Of a stretch of DNA of 64,000 nt, positions 1 to 8,054 are shown piece after piece. The stretch is from Phenylobacterium sp. (GTDB taxonomy: Bacteria > Pseudomonadota > Alphaproteobacteria > Caulobacterales > Caulobacteraceae). Location of the stretch: the NCBI RefSeq assembly GCF_030697305.1, contig NZ_JAUYQL010000038.1:23531-87530 (forward strand), written 5' to 3'. The stretch's first letter is position 1. Each line of letters begins with the position of its first letter. Below the pieces are notes generated by a model. That model saw nothing but the letters and a program-made list of their open reading frames with translations, was not told the origin of the DNA and searched no databases. A program made the translations under genes and the position numbers.

Positions 1-17
1 ATCGGAGACGCAGCCCC

Positions 18-512
18 ATGTCCCTGTTCAGCCGTTCGACCTGGCTGCTCGCCGCCGGCGCCGTGCTCGCGGTGGCCACTGTCGCCCAGGCCCACGTCAC
101 CATCGGCCCGAAGGAGTCGCCGCTGGGCGTGCGCGAGAAGTACGTCATGCGCGTGCCCAACGAGCGCAAGACCGCGACAGTGAAGATCGAGGGCTTCTTC
201 CCGGCCGGACTGAAGATCAGCAGCTTTGAGGATAAGTGCGGCTGGAAGGTCGAGACCACCCGCGACGCGTCGGGCGCCATCGTCTCGGCGGTGTGGACCG
301 GCGAGGTGCCGGTCGATGGTTACGCCGAGTTCGGGATCATCGCGATCAATCCGAAGGAAGGCGCGACCCTGGCCTGGAAATTCAACCAGACCTACGCCGA
401 CGGCACGGTGGTGGAATGGAGCGGACCCAAGGGTTCGAAGACGCCAGGACCGATCGTGACCTTGACGCCTGCGCCGGAAGCGGCCCCTGCGCCGGCGGCG
501 GCCGCGCACTAA
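18..512 (+). CDS. YcnI/DUF1775-family periplasmic copper-binding protein
   Basis: Signal peptide ending AQA followed by H-V-T (mature N-terminal His); 'MRVPNER', 'W.F.Q.Y.DG.VV.W.G' and 'P.P.VTL' YcnI-type motifs; GGAG RBS upstream. Confidence 0.8.
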   Translation: MSLFSRSTWLLAAGAVLAVATVAQAHVTIGPKESPLGVREKYVMRVPNERKTATVKIEGFFPAGLKISSFEDKCGWKVETTRDASGAIVSAVWTGEVPVDGYAEFGIIAINPKEGATLAWKFNQTYADGTVVEWSGPKGSKTPGPIVTLTPAPEAAPAPAAAAH

Positions 513-597
513 CCCCCTCCGTCAAGCCCCTGCGGGGCGCGCCACCTCCCCCGTTCCACGGGGGAGGTGGCCTCGCGGCAGGCGAGGTCGGAGGGGG
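513..597. repeat. Multi-hairpin palindromic intergenic element (CIR/RIME-like) between convergent genes
   Basis: Outer arms CCCCCTCCG (513-521) / CGGAGGGGG (589-597); perfect 13-bp stem GCCACCTCCCCCG (541-553) / CGGGGGAGGTGGC (559-571); extra small hairpins. Confidence 0.7.
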
Positions 598-628
598 CTT
601 ACGCGCCCTCCACACACAACGATCTCGC

Positions 629-1651
629 TCAGACCGTAGCGATCGGATTGACCGGTGATCCCACCGCGCCCGGCAGGCGCAACGGCGGCGCGGTCAGCAG
701 GAAGCGGCTGCGCCCGTTGGCCGCCAGCCAATCGGCCAGCGGCGTCAGCCACCAGAGCTCGCCCAGCGGCAGGCCGAGCTTGAACAGACAGAGCTCATGC
801 AGCGGCAAGAGCGCATGGCGGCCGTCACCCGCGTGCTCGTACGGGCGCGCCTCCACCGCGTAGTTGTCGGCGGCGATGGCGGCGATCCCGCTGTCGTCGA
901 TCCAGCGCAGCAGCCGCGCGTCGGCGCCGTCCAGCACCGCGCCGCAGGCGTCCAGCCGCGCCTTGTCCGGCGCGCCGGCCATCTCGACGATCGCCTCGGC
1001 GAAGCCTGTATGGACGCAGAGCACGTCGCCGCGCTCGACCTCGGCGCCCTGCGCCTGCAGCGCCCGCATCAGGTCGTCATAACCGACGCTGCGTCGAGCA
1101 TCGCCGAACGCGCGGCGCAGGTCGGCCATCACGCCACGCCCCTGCACGCCGTGAACGGCGGCGTTCTCGATGCCCAGCGCGCCGGCGCTGGAGGCTCCCT
1201 GCGGATTGTCGGCAGGGGTATGGAACAGGCCTTCCGGGCGATAGCCGTTATAGAACACCGTCTCGGCTTCACCGTCGCCGTCCGCATCGAACTGCGCCCC
1301 GACGTGGCTGAGCGCGTCCCACTGGGTGGAGTACTGCAGGCACAGCGTCACCATGTCGTCGCAGACGACCTCGGTAGTGTTGTAGACCTCACGGAACGAC
1401 CGCAGGAAATTCATCTCTCCCGCCGGCGTCGTGGTCGGGCGAAGCTGCGGCGGATGGCGCGACGGATTGAGCACCGCCCCGCCCGGCAGGTCGAGCGGCA
1501 GGCTGAGGCTGAAGGTGCGCCCCTCGCGCACCTCGGCGACGCCCTGGCGCACCTTCTCGGGCGTCATCAGGTTCAGACGGCCGAGCTGGTCGTCGTCGCC
1601 GAATTCACCCCAATTGGCGCCCTCAGGCCGGACCTTCCAGCGCCGGGTCAC
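629..1651 (-). CDS. Cyclase-family (kynurenine formamidase-like) metal-dependent hydrolase
   Basis: 'WG.FG.DDQLGRLN', 'LQYSTQWDALSH', 'ADNYAVE', 'H...LFKLG.PLGELW.L..LA', 'PLRLPGAVGSPVNP.A' cyclase motifs. Confidence 0.85.
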   Translation of the reverse strand: MTRRWKVRPEGANWGEFGDDDQLGRLNLMTPEKVRQGVAEVREGRTFSLSLPLDLPGGAVLNPSRHPPQLRPTTTPAGEMNFLRSFREVYNTTEVVCDDMVTLCLQYSTQWDALSHVGAQFDADGDGEAETVFYNGYRPEGLFHTPADNPQGASSAGALGIENAAVHGVQGRGVMADLRRAFGDARRSVGYDDLMRALQAQGAEVERGDVLCVHTGFAEAIVEMAGAPDKARLDACGAVLDGADARLLRWIDDSGIAAIAADNYAVEARPYEHAGDGRHALLPLHELCLFKLGLPLGELWWLTPLADWLAANGRSRFLLTAPPLRLPGAVGSPVNPIATV

Positions 1652-2418
1652 GAGAAGCTGGCATCGAGCACGCCCAGCCGGTCGAACTCCAGCCGCACGG
1701 CGTCGCCCGGATGAACGAACACCGCGTCGGTGAGCGCGCCGGCCAAAGCCACCTGACCAGCCTTCAGCGGTCGGCCGAGCTCGGAGGCCCGCGTCGCCAG
1801 CCAGGCGAGAGCTTCCCAGGGATCGCCCAGGATCGCGGCGCCAGAGGCGGTGGCCATGACCTCGCCGTTCTTGCTGTAGACCATGCCCACCAGCTTCAGC
1901 TCGTAGTCGCTGGAGACTGGCGTCTCCGGACCCAGCACCACGCGCGCGGCCGAGGTGTTATCGGCGATCACGTCGCCCAGGCCGAACTTGAAATCCTTGA
2001 AGCGGCTGTCGATGATCTCCAGCGCCGGCATCACGGTGGCGGCCGCGGCGCGCGCCTGGGCGATCGTGGTCGGCCCGTTCAGGTCGCGGCCGAGACGGAA
2101 CGCGATCTCCGGTTCGGCGCGGGGATGGATCAACGGCTTGGTGTCGACGACGCCGCCGTTGGCCACCAGCCCTGAGCCCAGCAGGTGCCCCAGGATCGGC
2201 TGCAGCACGCCCATGGTCTGCTGCTTCGCCTTGCTGGTCAGGCCGGTCTTCAGGCCGACGATCTGCTCGCCGCGGGCGAGCTTGTCGGCGATGCCTTCGA
2301 ACTGCAGGCGGTAGGCCTCGTCTTCGCCGACCAGGCCTTGGGGATCGATGCGATCGATCTCGCGGCGCTCTCGCTCGGCGGCCAGCAGGGTGACAGTGCG
2401 GGGGTCCATGGTGCTCAT
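1648..2418 (-). CDS. 2-keto-4-pentenoate hydratase / 4-oxalocrotonate decarboxylase family (FAH superfamily)
   Basis: 'GLKTGLTSKAKQ', 'EPEIAF', 'LEIIDSR', 'DVIADN', 'LAGAL'; start moved to ATG 2418, which overlaps the upstream stop (ATGA). Confidence 0.88.
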   Translation of the reverse strand: MSTMDPRTVTLLAAERERREIDRIDPQGLVGEDEAYRLQFEGIADKLARGEQIVGLKTGLTSKAKQQTMGVLQPILGHLLGSGLVANGGVVDTKPLIHPRAEPEIAFRLGRDLNGPTTIAQARAAAATVMPALEIIDSRFKDFKFGLGDVIADNTSAARVVLGPETPVSSDYELKLVGMVYSKNGEVMATASGAAILGDPWEALAWLATRASELGRPLKAGQVALAGALTDAVFVHPGDAVRLEFDRLGVLDASFS

Positions 2419-3158
2419 TGTCCGTTCGCCATCAGTGCGCGCATCAGCGCATAGCCTTCTTCCGGCGCCGCGTTCAGCGAGCTGCCATTGGTGTTCGGGC
2501 GGATCCACAGCCAGGATCCGGGGATGTTCTGGTGCAGTTCGAAGCAGTGACCCAGGGGGTGAACCACTTCACGCTCGTCGCCGCGTAGGATCAGGGTCGG
2601 GACTCGGACCCCTTTCGACGTTTCGCGCAGGCTGTAGTGCTCCTGAAGCTCCGGCTTGTTGCGGATGCTCATGTAGTTGGCCAGGACGTTTCGCCAGTCT
2701 GTCCCGTGCTGGTTCTCGCGCATCTTCTGGTCGGCTTCAGACAGGTTGTCGAACGAGCCGAGGTTGACGTTCAGCGCGGTGTTGGTGGCGCCCTCCATGG
2801 CGATGATCGGCAACTCCAGCGTCAGGGTCTTCACCAGCGCCGGATGATCGATGGCCAGCCGCAGGGCGACACGGGCGCCCAGGCTGATGCCAAAGACATG
2901 CACGCGCTGCAGGCCCAGGTGATCCAACAGGGCCTTGGCGTCATCGGTCCAGGCCGACGGCGGCATCTCGCTGACGTGGGCGCTGCGGCCCATGGCGCGC
3001 ATGTCCGGCACGATCACCCGGTGGGTCTTCGACAGAGCAAGGGCGTGGTGGGCGAGCGAGACGTTGGACTGCGAGGCGCCATGGAACATGATCAACGGCT
3101 CGCCCTCGCCGTGATCCTCCCAATAGTGTTGCAAGCCGTTAATGACCGCCTCAGGCAT
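2415..3158 (-). CDS. Alpha/beta-hydrolase fold protein (atypical triad)
   Basis: 'HGA' oxyanion region, 'PDMRAMGRS', nucleophile elbow G-I-S92-L-G; GGAG RBS. Confidence 0.85.
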   Translation of the reverse strand: MPEAVINGLQHYWEDHGEGEPLIMFHGASQSNVSLAHHALALSKTHRVIVPDMRAMGRSAHVSEMPPSAWTDDAKALLDHLGLQRVHVFGISLGARVALRLAIDHPALVKTLTLELPIIAMEGATNTALNVNLGSFDNLSEADQKMRENQHGTDWRNVLANYMSIRNKPELQEHYSLRETSKGVRVPTLILRGDEREVVHPLGHCFELHQNIPGSWLWIRPNTNGSSLNAAPEEGYALMRALMANGQ

Positions 3159-3259
3159 GGTCGCCTCCCATGGGTTCTTGTCTGTTTCGCGTGTGAGCCC
3201 GCGAATGGTCCAACCTTAGGGGCGTATCACCGCCGTGGCCAGACGGACGTCACATGGCG

Positions 3260-3757
3260 TCAACCCGCGGCGACGTCCAGCAACGCCCGGGTGTAGCCCT
3301 CGACCACCAGGCTGATCGGCGTTTCGTCGGCCAGGACCAGCACGGCGCGGTGCCGGATGATGTAGGGGCCCGGCGCGCCCGTCAGGATCTCGGCGTCCAG
3401 TGTGCGGCGGCGGAAACCGAGCGGCCGCACGACCGCGCCGAACGGCGTGCGGCTCTCATCCAGACACCGGTTCATCTCCGGCGTCAGGCGCGCGGGCACG
3501 TACCAATTGTCGGCCTCCGACAGGATCGTTCCATCGACCAGGAGCTCGACCCGGCGATGGCGAACCAGGTCCCCGTCGCCGACTTCGAGCATGGCGCGGG
3601 TCGCGGCGTCGGCTGGACGCTCGTTGTCGCCGATGCGGCAGGCGCTCACCTCGGCGCACGCCACGCCGCGCCACCGGGCCAGGGTCTCGGTGGCGCTGTC
3701 GTTCTGCAGGAGCTGACGGTTCAGCGCCTCGACGCGGGCCCGATGCTCTGGGCTCAT
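3260..3757 (-). CDS. Chorismate-lyase/UTRA-like fold protein
   Basis: 'SAT.TL..W', 'VRHRRVEL', 'LSEADNWYVPARL', 'TPFG.VV.PL.F.R', 'LVVEGYT' resemble the UbiC-like fold; real start probably ATG 3757. Confidence 0.55.
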   Translation of the reverse strand: MSPEHRARVEALNRQLLQNDSATETLARWRGVACAEVSACRIGDNERPADAATRAMLEVGDGDLVRHRRVELLVDGTILSEADNWYVPARLTPEMNRCLDESRTPFGAVVRPLGFRRRTLDAEILTGAPGPYIIRHRAVLVLADETPISLVVEGYTRALLDVAAG

Positions 3758-3801
3758 ACTGGTACGCGACTCCTTGACCCTCTCGAGCGGCGCGCCGCGT
3801 G

Positions 3802-4710
3802 TCAGGTCGCGGGCGGGCGCTCGCCGTTCGGCTTCTGGTAGTGCAGGACGCGCATCACGTTGTCGACCACGCCGGTGATCATCATCGGGCTGCCAACCTC
3901 GCGGCCCATATCCATGGCGATTCCGACGTCTTTCAGCCCGATCTGCAGCCGTCCTGCGTAACTGGGATCGACGCGGCCCTGCATGAAGCCGGCGAATGAG
4001 TTCATCAATCGCGCGAGCCCGTGGTCGGGAGCGATGGCGTTGGCGCGCCCGTACTCCTTGAGCATGTTGGAGTCCGCGAAACCGCCGGCCAACGCCTGGG
4101 GCAGCAGGTCGGAGTTCAGGCCGAAGCACTGCGACAGACTGCACGCCTCGGCGATCGCCATCATCGTCGCGAAGTTGATGACCTGGTTGCAGATCTTGGT
4201 CGCCTGGCCGGCGCCCTGCCCGCCCATGTGGGTGATGGTGCCCGAGTAGGCGGCGATCATCGGCCGAGCCCGCTCGAATTCCTCGGCGGTTCCGCCGGCG
4301 AAGGACGCCAGCGTCCCGGCCTGGGCGCCGCCCGGCCCGCCGGACACCGGGGCGTCCACCCAGCCGATGCCGTGCTCGGCGCGCAGGCGCTGGGCCATCT
4401 CGACGGTGACCTTGGGGTGGAGGGTGGAATTGTCGACGATGAGCTTCGTCCGGCCGCCGGCGGCGACTCCCAGCGGGCCGAACACCACCGCCTCCACCGC
4501 GTAGGGACTGTCCAGGCAGAGGAAGACGATGTCGGTGGCTGCGCCGACCTCGGCCGCCGAGCCCGCGGCGCGGGCGCCCTTGGCGATCAGCGGCTGCATC
4601 TTGTCCGGCGTGCGGTTCCAGACCGTCAGGTCGAAGCCCGCCAGCGCGATCCGCTCGGCCATCGGCGCACCGATGGCGCCAAGGCCGATGTAACCCACGC
4701 TCTGCGTCAT
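3802..4710 (-). CDS. NAD(P)-dependent beta-hydroxyacid dehydrogenase (3-hydroxyisobutyrate/tartronate semialdehyde reductase family)
   Basis: 'GYIGLGAIGAPMA', 'DAPVSGG', 'GAGQATKICNQ' with catalytic Lys. Confidence 0.9.
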   Translation of the reverse strand: MTQSVGYIGLGAIGAPMAERIALAGFDLTVWNRTPDKMQPLIAKGARAAGSAAEVGAATDIVFLCLDSPYAVEAVVFGPLGVAAGGRTKLIVDNSTLHPKVTVEMAQRLRAEHGIGWVDAPVSGGPGGAQAGTLASFAGGTAEEFERARPMIAAYSGTITHMGGQGAGQATKICNQVINFATMMAIAEACSLSQCFGLNSDLLPQALAGGFADSNMLKEYGRANAIAPDHGLARLMNSFAGFMQGRVDPSYAGRLQIGLKDVGIAMDMGREVGSPMMITGVVDNVMRVLHYQKPNGERPPAT

Positions 4711-4825
4711 TGCGGTCCCTCCCAGCGCGACCACGGCCGGGGATTGAGCCCCCGGACGCTGCGCCGGGCTTAGGTAGCCAGATCGGGCCAGCCGAACCAA
4801 GACCTCAAAGCGAGGGCGTCGCAGA

Positions 4826-5743
4826 TCAGGGTCGCGCGGGGACCTTGCCCGGCCAGGTCAGGAAGCCGTTCCCGTCGAGGCCGGCCGCGCCGGGGCTGGC
4901 GACGCAGCAGGGGCCGCGCACGCTGCTGCGGCTCTCGTAGACCGCGCCGCCGCTGCTGTAGCTGCGATGGGTCTCGGATTCCGAGTAGCTCTCCGAACGG
5001 CTGCGCTCGCCGTAGACGCCGCCGGCGGTGCGGCCGGACTCCTGCTGGTAATAGCTATGGCCGCCGGAATAGCGGTCAGGCGTCGGCAGGCGCGGAGTCT
5101 CGTCGCGATAGCGGACCGGCGGCGGAGCCGGACGCTCGTCCCTATAGCGCGCGGGCGGCGGCGGCGGCGCGTAGCGGCGACGGCCGTCCTCGAACCACTG
5201 GCCGTCGTCAGCCGGCGCGGCGCGCTCGTAGCGGCGTTCCTGGGATTGGCCGCGATAGGCGTGGCCGTCCTGATAGCGGCGATCGGAGTAGACCTCGTCG
5301 CGCTCCTGGAACGACGGGCCGCCATAGATCCGGACGCCGGAGTCGCGACGATCGTCATAGCGGCGCTCTTCGTAACGGCCGCCGCGATCGTCGAAACGCT
5401 CGCGCGGCGGCGGGCCGCCAGCCAGGTCGTCATGGTCGCGCTGCTCGGCGCGGCGGTATTCGTAGCGCCCGGCAGGCGCGGCGTAGGCGGTGTGACGGAC
5501 CGTTGAGCGCTTCGTCGCCGTAGCCTTGCCCGTGCGGCGGGCGACCGCCTTGTGGGCGCTGGCCTTATGGCCCCCACTCGCCTTGGCGGTCTGCGGCAGG
5601 CAGGCCGGCGTCGGCGGGCAGGCGGTCGCGGGCATAGTCGCCGGCAGCGGCGCACGCGCGGCGACACCACTTTTCGAAGCCGGTTGATCGCAGGCCGCGA
5701 GAGCCAGAAGTGCGGCGAAGGGTAGGACGAGACGGAGGCGCAT
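4826..5743 (-). CDS. Hypothetical low-complexity lipoprotein (Arg/Tyr/Asp/Ser/Pro-rich)
   Basis: Lipobox LAAC at residues 15-18 after a hydrophobic stretch; 305-aa ORF filling the intergenic space. Confidence 0.7.
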   Translation of the reverse strand: MRLRLVLPFAALLALAACDQPASKSGVAARAPLPATMPATACPPTPACLPQTAKASGGHKASAHKAVARRTGKATATKRSTVRHTAYAAPAGRYEYRRAEQRDHDDLAGGPPPRERFDDRGGRYEERRYDDRRDSGVRIYGGPSFQERDEVYSDRRYQDGHAYRGQSQERRYERAAPADDGQWFEDGRRRYAPPPPPARYRDERPAPPPVRYRDETPRLPTPDRYSGGHSYYQQESGRTAGGVYGERSRSESYSESETHRSYSSGGAVYESRSSVRGPCCVASPGAAGLDGNGFLTWPGKVPARP

Positions 5744-5778
5744 GAAGAATTCCGGACGCGTCTGTTGAAACCAAAACC

Positions 5779-6612
5779 CTAATTGCAGGATGCCGAGCCG
5801 TTAACGCTGTAGGTTTCACCCGTTGCGCGAAGAAATTCTTCGACCAACTCGTCGTAGAGGTCCAGGCGCTTGTATTGGCGGAACTGTGGCGTGGCGCTTC
5901 GCCAAGCCTTGGCGAAGCCCGCGAGACGTGGCGGGTCGGCCAGCAACGCGGCCAGCGGCTCCAGCGATACGCGGATGGTGAACACTGCGCCGCCCGTCCG
6001 CGGCAGACGGCGCACGGTCTGGCGCTCAACGCGTATCCGCAGTTCCCGCTCCACATCGGCGGGCGCCAGATCGGCGATCCGCGCGCGCATCGGCGCGGGG
6101 TCGGGCGCGAACAGTTCCGGCGAATTGACCAGGGTCCAGTTGCGGCGCTCCAGCACGACGTTGGGACGCAGGGCGTCGAACACCCTTTGCACGCGGGCCA
6201 GGAACCGATCGCCGAAGCCCGGCACCGGCCCGTGCAATGCGGCCAGGGAGCGGCCGAGCGCTTCGCCGGCGGTGAAGAAGGTCGGGGCCGACAGGCTGAG
6301 CGCGGTCAGCCGCCAGGCGCCGTCCGTCTTCTCCATCAGGCAAAGGTCGTCGGCCACCCGTCGAGCGGCGGCGTACAGCGGCGGCAGGGCGCCGGGCGGC
6401 GGCTGCGCGCCCAGGGCCGCGTCGACCAGCGTGGCGACCTCCTCCTGGCCATCGCGCGACCCTTCGATTTCGCCCCAGACGAGATCGCGGCGGCCGGCGA
6501 ACAGCGGGTCCTTTCGCAACCAGGGCGCCGCCTCCCCGCCCTGCAGCCACGCCGAGGCAGGGATAGGGCGCAGGCCGATGGCGAAGTCCGCGGCCTGTTC
6601 CCAAGGGCTCAT
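5779..6612 (-). CDS. DUF3445 / heme-dependent oxidative N-demethylase alpha-subunit family protein
   Basis: 'DDLCLM', 'LG.SL..LHGPVP', 'R.NW', 'LRIRVERQT.RRLP.TG..VFTIR'; start ATG 6612 coupled to VanZ stop. Confidence 0.8.
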   Translation of the reverse strand: MSPWEQAADFAIGLRPIPASAWLQGGEAAPWLRKDPLFAGRRDLVWGEIEGSRDGQEEVATLVDAALGAQPPPGALPPLYAAARRVADDLCLMEKTDGAWRLTALSLSAPTFFTAGEALGRSLAALHGPVPGFGDRFLARVQRVFDALRPNVVLERRNWTLVNSPELFAPDPAPMRARIADLAPADVERELRIRVERQTVRRLPRTGGAVFTIRVSLEPLAALLADPPRLAGFAKAWRSATPQFRQYKRLDLYDELVEEFLRATGETYSVNGSASCN

Positions 6613-6980
6613 GGGCGACGCCGCAAGATCACGGCCAGCGCCGCAGCCACGGCCACGCCGATGATGTTGGCCAGCATGTCGCGCCAGTCGCCGTCGCGGC
6701 CGAACCCCATGGTCGCCTGCAACACCTCGATGCCGGCGCCGAGCACCAGCATCGCCCCCACGAGGCGCCTGCAACGGGTTGGATAGAGAGCCAGGCCGAG
6801 GGCGGTGATCGTCAGGTAGGCGATGGCGTGCTCCGCCTTGTCCCAGAACCGCGCCAGGCCTGGCACGTCCTCGCCCGGCGCGAGCGAGGCCCACAGCAGG
6901 GCGGCGATCGCAGTCCCGAAGATCGCGGCCTTAAGCGCGGACGGCCAGCGCCAGGGATGCAGGAGAAGGGACGGGGGCAT
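6609..6980 (-). CDS. VanZ-like membrane protein
   Basis: 'DKAEH..AY', 'GAGIEVLQ', 'GRDGDWRDMLAN..G'. Confidence 0.8.
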   Translation of the reverse strand: MPPSLLLHPWRWPSALKAAIFGTAIAALLWASLAPGEDVPGLARFWDKAEHAIAYLTITALGLALYPTRCRRLVGAMLVLGAGIEVLQATMGFGRDGDWRDMLANIIGVAVAAALAVILRRRP

Positions 6981-7069
6981 CGCCCGCTGATAGCAGATCA
7001 GCGCAGTGCGCGAACGCCTTGCGCGCGTCATGGGCCGTCTCTAGCGTCGCGCCGTTGGTGAGGAACAGC

Positions 7070-7732
7070 ATGGCGATCGAGGCGGTGATCTGGGATTTCG
7101 GCGGGGTGTTCACCACCTCGCCGTTCGAGGCGTTCGCCCGTTACGAGGTCGAGCGCGGGGCGCCGAAGGACCTGATCCGACGGGTCAACACGCTGAACCC
7201 CGACACCAACGCCTGGGCGCGGTTCGAGCGCTCGGAGATCGACGCTGCGGCGTTCGACGGCCTGTTCCTGGAAGAATCGACCGCGCTGGGCCACGCCGTG
7301 CCCGGCCGTGACATCCTGCCGTTGCTGAGCGGCGCGGTCAGGCCGCGGATGGTGGCGGCGCTGGCGGCGTGCAAGCCGTTGTTCAAGGTGGGCTGCATCA
7401 CCAACAACATGCGCACCGAGCACAGCCCGGGCGCCGACGCCGGCCAGCGCGAGGCGGGCGACATCCGCATCGGCGACATCTTGGAGATGTTCGACGTGGT
7501 CATCGAGAGCGCCAAGGCGGGCGTGCGCAAGCCCGATCCGAAGATCTACCTGATGATGTGCGAGGCGCTCCGCGTCGAGCCGCGCGCCTGCGTCTATCTC
7601 GACGACCTCGGCATCAACTGCAAACCGGCGGCCGCCCTGGGCATGAAGGCGATCAAGGTGGGCGATCCCGACGTGGCGTTGCGCGAACTGGGCGAAGCGG
7701 TCGGCCTCGACTTCGCGGCGGTGGCCGCGTGA
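7070..7732 (+). CDS. HAD-IA family hydrolase
   Basis: 'WDFGGV' motif I, 'ITNN', 'KPDPKIY', 'YLDD...N'. Confidence 0.85.
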   Translation: MAIEAVIWDFGGVFTTSPFEAFARYEVERGAPKDLIRRVNTLNPDTNAWARFERSEIDAAAFDGLFLEESTALGHAVPGRDILPLLSGAVRPRMVAALAACKPLFKVGCITNNMRTEHSPGADAGQREAGDIRIGDILEMFDVVIESAKAGVRKPDPKIYLMMCEALRVEPRACVYLDDLGINCKPAAALGMKAIKVGDPDVALRELGEAVGLDFAAVAA

Positions 7733-8034
7733 GCCGCCCGGCCCGCATCGGCGCCGCTGCGGCGCTCGCCCGCCTGCCGGGCTGGAACGCCGTGGAAGGA
7801 CGCGACGCCATCCATCGCACCTTCGAGTTCGACGAGTTCAACGCGGCCTTCGGCTTCATGACCCGCGTGGCGATGATGGCCGAGACCATGCAGCATCATC
7901 CGGAGTGGTCGAACCTCTATGGCGAGGTCAGCGTCACCCTGGCGACCCACGAGGTCGAGGGCGTCACCGAGCGCGACGTGATCATGGCCTCGTTCATGGA
8001 CCAGTGCGCGCGGTCCAGCGGCGCCAAGTCCTGA
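7729..8034 (+). CDS. phhB: Pterin-4-alpha-carbinolamine dehydratase
   Basis: 'F..FN.AFGFM.RVA..AE...HHPEWSN.Y..V.V.L.THE..G.TERD'; GTG start overlapping HAD stop. Confidence 0.88.
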   Translation: MSRPARIGAAAALARLPGWNAVEGRDAIHRTFEFDEFNAAFGFMTRVAMMAETMQHHPEWSNLYGEVSVTLATHEVEGVTERDVIMASFMDQCARSSGAKS

Positions 8035-8054
8035 TCGCGAAGAGGGAGACACGG

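Noticed and set aside
3758-4144. Long N-terminal extension of ORF 3260..4144
   Set aside because: Overlaps the dehydrogenase in another frame with shadow-like composition; start at 3757 fits better.
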